Positions 1-10,326 of a DNA stretch of 64,000 nt are shown in pieces. Where the stretch lies: the NCBI GenBank assembly GCA_001643675.2, contig LSRY02000015.1, positions 744,001-808,000 on the forward strand, in the 5' to 3' direction. The stretch is from Monocercomonoides exilis PA203 (taxonomy: Eukaryota; Protista; Preaxostyla). Every line of letters starts with the position of its first letter. Position 1 is the stretch's first letter. The notes under the pieces are model-generated. The model saw only the letters and a list, made by a program, of their open reading frames with translations. It made no database searches and was not told the DNA's origin. The position numbers and the translations under genes were made by a program.

Positions 1-3000
1 ATGACGACAACGAAGATGATGAAGAAGAAGGCAAAATGAATGAAAAAGCGCAAGAAGCAGCAAAGACGGGAACAGAGACAGAAAAGGAAAAAGAAGCTGG
101 AGAAGGGAAAGAAGGAGAAAGCAATCAAACATCCACAGCCTCACTCACTGTGCCTTCTTCTTCCTCCTCTTCTTCTTCACAAGCAGAAGGCGACGGAGCG
201 GATGTTCCGTTCATTCCGTCCCGCAAGCCTTACATTGCCTCGTCTGCTTCCTCCTCTCTATTCACATCAACAGCTGCCTCATCTAACTCTTCCTCTTCTT
301 CTTCTTCTTCTTCTTCTTCTCTTGCCCCGCTTGCCTCTGTCTCCCAACTCGCCCTCTCGCACTGCATCAACTCCGTAGTGAATGAGCACTTCAATCCAAG
401 CAACGCTTTCCCCCACATCATGTCCTCGTTCCCTTACACCATCGATGCTCTTATCGATGCATGCAGGCTGCTGGAAGACCTGTGCAACATCGGCTCAGCA
501 AGGCTGGAGGAGAACATAGGCATTTTGACGATATACGAGTCGCCACACATCAAGAGGCCTGGAGAAGGAGGGGAAAAAGAAGGAGGAGAGAAAGAAGGAG
601 AGAAAGATAAAGATAAAGAGAAAGAGAAAGAAAAACCGGAAGACTCAACGGCGCGTGCTGCGTGCGACACGATGAAGCTTCTGTGCCTGTCTGCTGTGCA
701 CAACCTGCTCTCCAAGTTTCCTCTTCTCTTCCGCTCGTTCCTCGACTTGACTCTGGCGGTGCAGCGGTGCGTGTGCCCGCTGGTGCTGGTGAACTTGAAA
801 TATCCGCATCAGCACGCCTTCCGCTTCTCTGTCGCTATCACGACGCATCTGCTGACCATCACTGGGCTCAGATTTAAAAGAGAGATGGGAAAAGTGCTGA
901 AGGTGCTTATTCAGATACTGAACACACAGCCGTTCCCGAAGAAGGAGGCGGATAAAAACAAAGAGAAGGAGAAGGAGAAAGATAAAGAGAAAGATAAGGA
1001 CAATCAGTCAGATCTTGTTCTTCCCAAGGGCCTGCAGCTTGAGGTTCTGCAGTCGTCCATTCTTGATCTGCTTCTCCCTGCGCTCAGAGACGGGAGCGTG
1101 ATGGCCAATATCTTCCTCACATTTGACTGCGACGCCTACGAAATGAACCTTTTGGAGCAGCTGCTGCACGCTGTGCGGAACTTGGCGGTGTGCGGGAGAG
1201 AGAGAGAAGTAGAAAGGGAGATTGAGAGAGAGGTGGAACTACAGAGGGACAGGGACAGGGACAGAGAGAGAGAAAAAGAGAAAGAGCAGCAAAGCAAGAC
1301 GGTTGATCAGATTGCGATGCATGCGATGAATGCGATTGTGATGGGGCTGACTGACTGGAGCGAGTCTTTGGGGAATCCAACTGTTGTGCCGGTGCTGCAG
1401 GACATGGCGATGGGGAATGCAAGCGGAAATGCAATTATCGCCTCTGCTTCTTCCACTTCTCTGGCTTCAGCTTCAAATGCTTCATCATCATCATCTTCTT
1501 CTACTGTGAATAACCAATCAACACAGAAGCAGTCAACAGGCTCAGCTAAGCCCATCCCGCCTCCCCCAACCACCACTTTCAACTCTTCTTTCCTCGCCAC
1601 TGCAGCCATCGACCCAATCATCACCCGCACAATCCGCCTGTTCAATGATTTTCCTTCGAATGGAGCACAACATCTGATTCATTTTGCACTGTGCCCGCCA
1701 ACACCTGAGGGAGTAGCGAATGCACTGTGGAGCTACTGCGAGCATAATGTGAAGACAGCCATGGATGAAGCAGCAAATAAATCATCATCATCAGAAGAAG
1801 AAGAAGGCAAAAAATTACCTCCATCCATCCCCTTCATCACGAAGCGAGCCTTAGGCAAGTATTTTGCTCAGCCTTGTGAGTTTGTGGTGTCTGTCCTTCG
1901 ATTCTTCCTGAACCATCTCCCGCTCACCACGCTCACGCCCGATGCAGCGGTGCAGCTGGCGTTTGGGTCGATCTTTTCTCTGATGGGCAGTGCGAATCGT
2001 GTGAAGGAGATTGTGTTTTGTTTGGCGGAGGAGTATTATAATCAGAACCCAGGAATGTTTGTGGATGTGGATGGGTGCGGCGTGGTGTTCTATTTGATTG
2101 TGCTGGTGTATGCGGGGTGGTGGGGAAAAAAAGAAGAGGAGGAGGAAAGGGAGGAGAAGGAGATGAAGAAGAAACTGGGGAGGAATTGGAAGAAGGAGAG
2201 GAAGATGAAGAAGAGAAGGGAGGAGATAAAAGCGATGGAGGAAAAGAAAGAGAAGGAGAAAGAGAAAGAAGGAAAAGAACAAAATGCTGACAGTGTCACA
2301 GCTGAAAGCTCAGAACAAAGCGAAACAGGAGAAAACAAAGAAAACAAAGAGAATAAGAAAAAAGAAGAAACTTCACAGCAAATTGCTCCGTTTCCTCTGC
2401 GTCCTTTGCAGAAAAGACAGAGAAGAGTAAGCAAGCTGCGTGTGGTGGAGAAAGACGTGTTTGTGAGCGAAGGAGAAGGAAGAGGGCAAGGGGAGCTGTT
2501 TTTGAGTGCAGTGTTTGACAGGGTGTGTGGATATTTGACGGAACATAACATATTCAATGACAGGAGAGAAGAGGAGAAAGAGGAGAAAGAAGGAGAAAAG
2601 AAAGAAGAAGAAGGAGCTAAAGAAGGAGGAGAAGGAAAAGAAGATAAGCAGAACGAGAAGAAGAAAGAGTTAGAGTTAAGCGATAGGAAAGAGACATTCA
2701 ACATGGCAGTGAAAGCAGAAGAATGTGAGCTGGTTGAGCTGCCAGAGGAAGAAAAAAGGATGAGATTGAGCAAAAACCGGTTGGAACTTATGATTTTTGA
2801 GATGAACGAGAGGAGGAAGATTGAAAGACGGATGGAAATGCAGAAGAAAGAGAACAAACGTGTGAAGCGATTGAAAGAGGAAGGGTTCACAGAGAAGCAG
2901 ATTGCAGAAAGCGCTGACTGTATTTACATTGGAGAAGGAGAAGGAGAAGAAGAACTGAACAGCTCAACTTCTTCTTCTTCTTCTTCTTCTGTTTCTGGTA

Positions 3001-6000
3001 ATAATTCTGTTAATGGACGCACTTTCACTCGTGTCACAGCAGCCAAACCAGATTTGGACGATATCAACTTGGCAGACGAGGCAGAAGATGGAGAAGAAGG
3101 AGGAAAAGGAATTCTCTCAAAGGAATCTTCCTCTTCCTCTTCTTCCTTCTCTTCCTCTTCTTCCTCTTCAATCATTGCGCTTTCCCTCGACTCCTATCTC
3201 AGCAGCCCCAAAAACGCTGCTTTCTTGAACCCTGTCTTCCTGGACAACTACTTTGTCGATCTTGACGATATCCCTCTTGTAGTGCTGCCGATGATGAAGT
3301 CAATCGAATCTGTGCCAAATGGAAGGCTCAGAGCTTTGTCCACCGCCACACACGCTCGCGCCTTGCTGTCTGTTGCAATGCCCATTGTGCACTCGATGTT
3401 TGCTGACCTGCTCACTGCTGCATCAGAAATGGCGCCTTTGATCTCTTCCATCCCTCTTCCTTCAAATGTTTCGATTGCTCCTGGCGCTTCCTTTGCAACG
3501 TCACCCACAATTGCACACGCAGAGCAAGTGAAAGTGTGTTTATCATTGTTCCGGCACATTATGCACTTGTGCTGTGTCTTTGAGCTCGAAGTGGAGAGAG
3601 AAATGGCAATGCAGACGATCTTCAGTGTCTGCTGCTTCAACACGGACAGGCCCTTGCAGGAGATGCACGTTGATGCCATCCGCACAATCCTCTCTGTTGC
3701 TTCATTAAACGCAGAGGGACTTTATCTCCACCGCAGCTGGCGCCACGTGCTGCTGCTGTGCTCGCATCTGCAGAGGTTGGGAGTGTTGAGTGAGGGTTTA
3801 TCAGCGAAGGAGATGGAGTTGGCGTTCTCAGAAGGAGAAGGGGAGATGAAGATGCCAGGTGCAATGGATGCTCCATTGTATCAGGCACCTTCTTCTTCTG
3901 CTTCGCAGCAAAATGCTTCAGTTCCACAATCAACTCTTTCTTCCTCTTCATCTGCTGCTTCTTTGCTTCCACCCAACGCTTCCTCTTCTGCCTCCACTGC
4001 TGTTGCGTTCTTTGCTCAGCTGGCTGAAATCGCAGCATCGTCCACTCGCAAATGCGGTGTGACCACACAACCTTCCGTCCCCTTCTACCAGGCGATGCAG
4101 ATGGAACAGCCACCGCTGTGTCCATTGGGAGTGAGGAGAACGAAGACAGCTGTGCGCAACTCGGTTCTGTTGTTCCGGTCACTGGGGATGACAAAGTCAG
4201 AAGTGGAGGATGTGTTTGCATCCAGTGTCGCGATGTCTTCGCAGGTGTTTGTGGAGTTTGTGAATGCGCTGTGCTGGGTGAGCAACTCAGAACTGGCTGA
4301 CGCCTCAGCAGCAGCTGCTGGTGCTGCAGCGAATGAGAGAGATGGAGTGAATGGAATGGGTGGAGGAGGAAGTGGTGGTTCATCATCATCTTCTTCTTTA
4401 ACTTCCTCTTCTTCATCCACATCATTGACACCTGACAGAGCACAAGCAATTGAGAGCAGCAAGTTATTCTCCTTGAAGAAGATCCAGGAGACGATTTCTA
4501 TCAACAGTAAGAAGCGTCCTCTGTGCGTGTGGGACATCCTGTTCCCTTCAGTGTCAGCACATCTTGTGCATGTTGTGCTTGATTTTCAGGCTCCGAATGT
4601 AAAGGCGCACGGAATTGGCGTGTTGAGAGCGTTTATTTCAGAGCTGTTTGGAAGAGGTGATCTGCCTGCTCCATTGCCCATCCCGCTGTTTGAGGTGGAG
4701 ACGGAGATGGCGATTGTGAGAGGAAGGAAGGAGAAGGAGGCAAAGAAGTTGAAAGAAAAGGAAAAGGAGAAAGAGAAAGAGAAAGAGAAAGAGGAGAAGA
4801 AAGAAGGAGAGGAAGGAGACAAAGAAGACAAGCCGATGCCGATGGAGCAAGCCGAAACAAAAGGAAAAGGAGGAGAAGATGAAGAAGAAGACAACGAGCC
4901 ACCGCCAGCTGTGCCTGCTGGTGAAGGAGTAGAAGGAGAGGCAGGTGAGTCATCAGCTCCACCAGCCATTCCTCCTGCTCCAGAGGACGAAGAGGATGAA
5001 GATGAAGATGATGAGAATGAGAAAGGAGCGAAGAAGGGAAAAGAAACAATGATGCCATCGCTGGATGTACCAAACGAAGGAGAAAAAGAAAAAGAAGAGG
5101 AAGAGGAAGAAGAGGAAGAAGAACCTGTTCAACTTCCACCTCATCCCCTCCTCCGCTTCCTCCCTTGGATGCCTGTGCAATTAGCATTGCTCAAACAAAA
5201 AGAAGTTTTTGCATCATCTCTTCAATCATCATCATCAGCTTCTTCTTCTTCTTCTTCTTCTATTTCACCTTTCTCTCTCTGCACCTCCTCCAACGATGCT
5301 GACCGCCCCCATCTCTTCTGCCTGCTGACTCTTCCGCAGCGCAAGCGAAAGTACCATTCTGTCTCTCTCACAGGCGAATGGGACAACTACACCACAAAAT
5401 ACCCAATGACACTGAACTTAGCGAAGAAGCGCTGGGAAATCAATTTGTTAGACGAATCTGGTTTGCTCAAGAAGAACGGGGTTCATTTCACAGACAGACA
5501 GTTTGTGCGCTTCCGCTTCCTTGTCAACCAGAAGGAGTGGCTGCTATGCTCGCAGTATGGAACAGGGCAGGCAGCAGACGGCACGATTGTCAACACAGAA
5601 TATCTGAAGTTCGATGTGTCTCTACCAAATCATTACTCTGCTTCTTCCTCTTCCTCTTCCTCTCAGTCCTCTCCTGATAACTCTCTCTTATACAACTCCA
5701 CCGTCTCCACCGCCTTCTCCTCCGTCTCTGCGCCTCCCCCGTCTTCTTCCTTTGTGGTGCCTCCAGTGTTCTTCATTCGCACCTCTCGGCAGAAGAAGTA
5801 CCTTTCTCCATTAGAGACACTCGCCTCTGCTCGATTAAGTGACCCGCTGAGGCAGCAGCTTCTGGACTGCGTCTCATTCTTAATGCAGATGCTGCCACAC
5901 TCTTTGCATTCTGGCTGGAACGTGCTTTTTTCTGTGCTCAAGTCGTTTTCTCGCCACGAGCAGCACCTGCAAGCGGCGTGGCTTTTGCTGCAGTCAGCCG

Positions 6001-9000
6001 TTTTGACACATCTGCCCAGGATTCTTCCCTTTGGCATTCAAGACCTGGTGTCAGCGGTTGTCTCCTTCTCGAGAAACAAAGTGTCGAAGAGCATTTGTGC
6101 CGACGCGATCAAGATTCTGAGGGAGATTGCGTTTATTGTGTCTGGCGAATCGCAATCTGAGGTGTTCAGCACGATGATCAGGAAGAAAGATGCACCAGCG
6201 ATTGATTGGGAGAAAGAAGAGAAGGAGAAGGAGAAGAAGAGAAAAGAGAAGGAGAAAGAGAAGGAAAGAGAAAAATTGAATAGAGGCGATCTTTATGTAG
6301 ATGACGAGGAAAACGACGAGTTCAATGAAGTGTTTGGCATCGAAACAGACGCCGAAGCTGAGAAAGACAAAGCGCTTTCTTCTTATCTTTCTTCTCGTTC
6401 TTCTTCTTCTTCTTCCGGAGATTCTGCCTCTTCTGCCGCAACTCGCCCCATTCGCAAGCTTCCTCTCTCTTCTTCCTCCTCCTCCTCATTTAAACCTTCT
6501 CCTCTCCGCAACATCCGCACGTTCCGCACGCCGCTTCTCCTGCAGCGCTCGTCTGATGCTCTGAAGGAGCTGTTCACGCTGCACCGTGCTGTTTATAATG
6601 ACAAGCATCTGATTGAGCTGTGGTTCCCGATCTTCCTGGGACTGTATGAGACGTCTGGTGAAGAGCGGATGGATGTGATGATAGCTGCGTATGGCATCAT
6701 GATTGAGTTGCTGGGAAGGTTTGGCAGCAAATTCACTCGCTCTTTCTGGCCGATTTTGTGGAGAGGCATTTTGCGTCCAGTGTCAGAGGACATGAGAATG
6801 CGTATTGTGAACTATGCAGCGATGAGGAAGAAAGCGATTCGCGACCAGAGGAATGCGGTTGTTCAGGAGATAGAGAGAGAGAAAACGATGAAGGCGCAGC
6901 AGATGGAGATGGAACAGAAAGCGCTGAGGGCGTCGGCTGCAACGAGCGTGTCACAACCACCGCCGGAGATTAAAGGAGGAAACATGATGGCCTCAATGGC
7001 TGGTGGTTCTGGTGCTTATGTTCCTTCATCATCATCATCATCTTCTTCTTCTTCTTCTTCTTATCGTTCTTCCTCTTCGATCGATGCAGAGTCAAATGAG
7101 TCGATGTGGCTGAAGACGATCTTCACACCTGTCATGCGCTCTATCATTTCTGTGTTTATTCAGCATCACGCAGATCTTCTGTTTCCATTGGACTCGATCT
7201 ACGAGATGACCACAGATGGATGTGTGCTGAAGGAAGGAATGAGCCCGGAGTTTGATGAGGAGGATGAAGAAGATGAGGAAGAAGAGGAAGAGGAAGAGGA
7301 AGAAGAAGGGGGGAAAGAAGGTGAAGGAGAGAAAGAAGCAGCAGAAGATGAAGCAGATGCTTCCTCTTCCTCTATTCTTCCATCCAACAGGCCACAACCG
7401 CCTTCTGAACCAGACTATTCTGTGTTCATTGAGCTTATCACTCTGCTTGCTGACTGCATTTTGCAGCCACTCGAGCAGTTTGACGACGCAGGCGTATCGC
7501 TTCTGACGGAGCTTGTTTTCAAAGGCGGGAAGAAGTTCACACGGGAAATGTGGGACATCACAGTAAAAGTGTTCAACCAGGTGTTTGAAGGAACGCTGCC
7601 GACACAGCTGCTGCAGCTGAATGTGGCAGACGATAAGGAGAAGAAAGAGGAGAAAAAGGAGAATGAGAGAGAAGATGAAAGCAGCATAAGAGCATCATTT
7701 GAGACAACTTGTGCATCAGCTTCTTCTTCTTCTTCTTCTTCCACCTCCTCAATCGATTTTTCGCCCTTGCCATATAAAAAGAGGATGCTGCATCCACTTA
7801 TTGCACCGTTTGTGATAGACGAGCAGACAGTCAAGAGGAAGTGCTGGATTCAGCACAACCTGATCAAAGGGATCGAAATGATCATTCAGAACTTTGCATT
7901 CAAGATTGATGCAAGTGACTTTGAAGAAGGAGAAGGAGAAGGGGCAGAGGAAGAGGAAGAAGAAGAGGAGGAGGAGGAGGAAGAAGTTGAAGAAGAACAA
8001 GAAAATAACAAAGATACAGATGCTCCTCATCCATTGAAATCATCCTCATCAAAAGATTCCAAGCCAAAACAAGGCAATAAGAAAAATCAGAATAAGAATA
8101 AAAAGAAGAAGAAGATGTGTTTGACAGAAGACCAGATCTTCAGCCTGATCAACTGCACGCGCCGAACGATGATGTTCACCCGCTGCTTCAACGAAGACGC
8201 CACAACACGGGTGAGGCTGCAGAACATGTTCCCGAAGATCCACCCTCCTGTCCTGTGGAATCTGGAGACACCGGCTTCTGTCAGTTATTTGACACTGCTG
8301 TCTTCACTGGCATTCACAGTGGAGAAGAAAGAAGAAGGAGAAAGAGGAGAAGAAACAATGAAGAATACTGCCGCAGAGCCGCACGAGGAGCAAACGAAAG
8401 AGCCATCTTCCGTTCAAGGGAGGTGTGATAATGCCTCGTCTTCGGCTTCTGCTCAGCAGTCGTTCAAATTCGAGCCAACAAGCACAGCTGTGCCTTACTC
8501 CATCGCAAAACGTGCCTGCGATGCACTTCTTTCTGAGCTGTTTACGCTGCTTTCGTCGGCTGCAGCTCTTATTGCTGTGTCGAGGAGACTTGACAATACT
8601 GTTCCTGCTTCTGGTTCTTCTTCCTCCTCTTCCTCTTCTCAGAGTGGAAGTGGAAGCAATGCTGCTTATTCTGCTCAGCAAAGCAGTTTGCCTGCTGTTG
8701 CATCGGGCTTGCTGTTGGAAAGAGATCACCCACATCCACTAAAGCAGCTGCAGCAAATGCTGCAAGAACATCCTGACTTCCAAAATTACAAAGAAGCAGA
8801 TAACACTCAAAACTGTGTTCCTTCTCCGCTTTCTTCTTCTGTTTCTTCAGACAATTCAACCTCATCCAACGCACAACCATTGAATTCTTCAATGAACTTC
8901 TCATCTGTCGAGTACTGGCAGCTGCGTTATCATTCATATTGCACCACATCGATGCCACGTGAGATGATTGCACAGCTTCTGAGCGGTTTCCACTGTGCTG

Positions 9001-9539
9001 CTGAACACAACTTGGTGAACCCTCCGCCGGTTGAGGCAGTGGAAAAAATGATTCAAAAGATCGGGTTTGTGGAGATGGCAGAAAGAGTGAAAAAGTTGAA
9101 TGAACAGAGAAGAGAAAAAGAAAGAGAAAACCAGAAAACAAATGCACATTCAGATAACAGTGCACTCAGCGCATTGCCGAACAACTACGATCCCATTGGA
9201 ATCGACACAACCACACCCATCACATACCAGGATATCATAGATGGTCGCATATCCCCCTCAGTTGTGTCACAGACGTCATACATCAACCAGACTGCCCCAG
9301 TCATCCAGTGTGTCCTGCAGATCTTCCTCTCGCTGCCCGACCATTTCCTCTTCCATCTGCAGCACCTGCTGTTTCCGCTGCTGATTGTGGTGGCTGACCA
9401 CGACGTGAGGAACTGCCGGCTTTTGGCGCTGATGCTGCTGGAGAGAATGCACCAGCTGTGTCTGCCGTGCCCGCCGCCGAGCATCCACCCATTCTTGCAC
9501 ACGGCGGAAATACCACGATCACAGAGAAGCGGGAAGTAG
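1..9539 (+). CDS. BIG/Sec7-family large Arf-GEF-like protein (HUS-Sec7-HDS1-3), probably 5'-truncated by the window edge, with inserted CBM48-like domain
   Basis: 3167-aa ORF whose frame is open upstream of the ATG at 36. HUS-like 'IFLTFDCDAYEMNLLEQL' (cf. NYDCD). Sec7-like 'LGKYFAQP..FVVSVLRFF..FSLMGSANRVKEIVFCLAEEYYNQNPGMF'. HDS1 'HVDAIRTILSVA..YLHRSWRHVLLLCSHL'. HDS2 'VEDVFASS..FVEFVNALCWVS..LFSLKKI' and 'QKKYLSPLE..LHSGWNVLFSVL'. HDS3 'LWFPIFLGL..FGSKFTRSFWPILWRGILRP'. Confidence 0.85.
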   Translation, partial: DDNEDDEEEGKMNEKAQEAAKTGTETEKEKEAGEGKEGESNQTSTASLTVPSSSSSSSSQAEGDGADVPFIPSRKPYIASSASSSLFTSTAASSNSSSSSSSSSSSLAPLASVSQLALSHCINSVVNEHFNPSNAFPHIMSSFPYTIDALIDACRLLEDLCNIGSARLEENIGILTIYESPHIKRPGEGGEKEGGEKEGEKDKDKEKEKEKPEDSTARAACDTMKLLCLSAVHNLLSKFPLLFRSFLDLTLAVQRCVCPLVLVNLKYPHQHAFRFSVAITTHLLTITGLRFKREMGKVLKVLIQILNTQPFPKKEADKNKEKEKEKDKEKDKDNQSDLVLPKGLQLEVLQSSILDLLLPALRDGSVMANIFLTFDCDAYEMNLLEQLLHAVRNLAVCGREREVEREIEREVELQRDRDRDREREKEKEQQSKTVDQIAMHAMNAIVMGLTDWSESLGNPTVVPVLQDMAMGNASGNAIIASASSTSLASASNASSSSSSSTVNNQSTQKQSTGSAKPIPPPPTTTFNSSFLATAAIDPIITRTIRLFNDFPSNGAQHLIHFALCPPTPEGVANALWSYCEHNVKTAMDEAANKSSSSEEEEGKKLPPSIPFITKRALGKYFAQPCEFVVSVLRFFLNHLPLTTLTPDAAVQLAFGSIFSLMGSANRVKEIVFCLAEEYYNQNPGMFVDVDGCGVVFYLIVLVYAGWWGKKEEEEEREEKEMKKKLGRNWKKERKMKKRREEIKAMEEKKEKEKEKEGKEQNADSVTAESSEQSETGENKENKENKKKEETSQQIAPFPLRPLQKRQRRVSKLRVVEKDVFVSEGEGRGQGELFLSAVFDRVCGYLTEHNIFNDRREEEKEEKEGEKKEEEGAKEGGEGKEDKQNEKKKELELSDRKETFNMAVKAEECELVELPEEEKRMRLSKNRLELMIFEMNERRKIERRMEMQKKENKRVKRLKEEGFTEKQIAESADCIYIGEGEGEEELNSSTSSSSSSSVSGNNSVNGRTFTRVTAAKPDLDDINLADEAEDGEEGGKGILSKESSSSSSSFSSSSSSSIIALSLDSYLSSPKNAAFLNPVFLDNYFVDLDDIPLVVLPMMKSIESVPNGRLRALSTATHARALLSVAMPIVHSMFADLLTAASEMAPLISSIPLPSNVSIAPGASFATSPTIAHAEQVKVCLSLFRHIMHLCCVFELEVEREMAMQTIFSVCCFNTDRPLQEMHVDAIRTILSVASLNAEGLYLHRSWRHVLLLCSHLQRLGVLSEGLSAKEMELAFSEGEGEMKMPGAMDAPLYQAPSSSASQQNASVPQSTLSSSSSAASLLPPNASSSASTAVAFFAQLAEIAASSTRKCGVTTQPSVPFYQAMQMEQPPLCPLGVRRTKTAVRNSVLLFRSLGMTKSEVEDVFASSVAMSSQVFVEFVNALCWVSNSELADASAAAAGAAANERDGVNGMGGGGSGGSSSSSSLTSSSSSTSLTPDRAQAIESSKLFSLKKIQETISINSKKRPLCVWDILFPSVSAHLVHVVLDFQAPNVKAHGIGVLRAFISELFGRGDLPAPLPIPLFEVETEMAIVRGRKEKEAKKLKEKEKEKEKEKEKEEKKEGEEGDKEDKPMPMEQAETKGKGGEDEEEDNEPPPAVPAGEGVEGEAGESSAPPAIPPAPEDEEDEDEDDENEKGAKKGKETMMPSLDVPNEGEKEKEEEEEEEEEEPVQLPPHPLLRFLPWMPVQLALLKQKEVFASSLQSSSSASSSSSSSISPFSLCTSSNDADRPHLFCLLTLPQRKRKYHSVSLTGEWDNYTTKYPMTLNLAKKRWEINLLDESGLLKKNGVHFTDRQFVRFRFLVNQKEWLLCSQYGTGQAADGTIVNTEYLKFDVSLPNHYSASSSSSSSQSSPDNSLLYNSTVSTAFSSVSAPPPSSSFVVPPVFFIRTSRQKKYLSPLETLASARLSDPLRQQLLDCVSFLMQMLPHSLHSGWNVLFSVLKSFSRHEQHLQAAWLLLQSAVLTHLPRILPFGIQDLVSAVVSFSRNKVSKSICADAIKILREIAFIVSGESQSEVFSTMIRKKDAPAIDWEKEEKEKEKKRKEKEKEKEREKLNRGDLYVDDEENDEFNEVFGIETDAEAEKDKALSSYLSSRSSSSSSGDSASSAATRPIRKLPLSSSSSSSFKPSPLRNIRTFRTPLLLQRSSDALKELFTLHRAVYNDKHLIELWFPIFLGLYETSGEERMDVMIAAYGIMIELLGRFGSKFTRSFWPILWRGILRPVSEDMRMRIVNYAAMRKKAIRDQRNAVVQEIEREKTMKAQQMEMEQKALRASAATSVSQPPPEIKGGNMMASMAGGSGAYVPSSSSSSSSSSSSYRSSSSIDAESNESMWLKTIFTPVMRSIISVFIQHHADLLFPLDSIYEMTTDGCVLKEGMSPEFDEEDEEDEEEEEEEEEEEGGKEGEGEKEAAEDEADASSSSILPSNRPQPPSEPDYSVFIELITLLADCILQPLEQFDDAGVSLLTELVFKGGKKFTREMWDITVKVFNQVFEGTLPTQLLQLNVADDKEKKEEKKENEREDESSIRASFETTCASASSSSSSSTSSIDFSPLPYKKRMLHPLIAPFVIDEQTVKRKCWIQHNLIKGIEMIIQNFAFKIDASDFEEGEGEGAEEEEEEEEEEEEEVEEEQENNKDTDAPHPLKSSSSKDSKPKQGNKKNQNKNKKKKKMCLTEDQIFSLINCTRRTMMFTRCFNEDATTRVRLQNMFPKIHPPVLWNLETPASVSYLTLLSSLAFTVEKKEEGERGEETMKNTAAEPHEEQTKEPSSVQGRCDNASSSASAQQSFKFEPTSTAVPYSIAKRACDALLSELFTLLSSAAALIAVSRRLDNTVPASGSSSSSSSSQSGSGSNAAYSAQQSSLPAVASGLLLERDHPHPLKQLQQMLQEHPDFQNYKEADNTQNCVPSPLSSSVSSDNSTSSNAQPLNSSMNFSSVEYWQLRYHSYCTTSMPREMIAQLLSGFHCAAEHNLVNPPPVEAVEKMIQKIGFVEMAERVKKLNEQRREKERENQKTNAHSDNSALSALPNNYDPIGIDTTTPITYQDIIDGRISPSVVSQTSYINQTAPVIQCVLQIFLSLPDHFLFHLQHLLFPLLIVVADHDVRNCRLLALMLLERMHQLCLPCPPPSIHPFLHTAEIPRSQRSGK

Positions 9540-10326
9540 GAAGAAGGAAGCAGGAAAAATCAAAATTTGGGAAGGGAAAGAGAAAGGGAAAACTGGTATT
9601 GGGGATGAAAAAATGAGTAAATCTGAAAGAGAGGAAGAGAAGGAAGAGAAGAAGGGAGTTATTTTTTAAGGATTGGTTGAGAGAAAAGTTGTTGTATTAA
9701 TTCTTTGAAAAATATAACAAAATGTGAGAAAGGTTATTCTTAATCACAATGAGTTTTCGTATCTTCCCTATCTTATCTTGATTCATAGCAAATATATTCC
9801 GTGTTTTGCTGCTTATCGTCATGATCGAATTGTTTATGTCATCATAGCTTTTGTTTAATTTTCTGTCTTTCATCTCTTTTCTTTCTTTTGTTTTTTATTA
9901 ATTTTTATTTTTCTTTATGCGTGTGTGTTTGGAAGGGCAAAAATTGCATAGAGATAAAAAAACTTTTCTTTTATGTATTTTCTCCTTTCGGATGCGAAGA
10001 ATTGTAATTTGGATCATTGCCTTGTTCAAATAGAGATGGACGCATTATTTTTTTGTATTCAAAATGGTTTATGCATTTTTTTTGAAACATTTTTGTTTAT
10101 TTTCTTCTATATTTGCAATTCCGTATTGCATTCGCTCACAGAGGTTATTGAATTTTTAAAAACTTGTCTATATGATTTTGAGTCTATATCAGTCTTCAAT
10201 TTTGATATTTCAATTTTATTGATCTAATTTATGCATATCCCAAAATAAATCATAACAAATATATTTTTCTTTTCCCATATTCATACGAATTAATAAGTTA
10301 AAAGGAATTTTGTTGTAAAAAAAGTG

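Noticed and set aside
40-9522. Dozens of overlapping and antisense ORFs inside the Sec7 gene
   Set aside because: Shadows of GAA/TCT-rich coding sequence with no domain signal.
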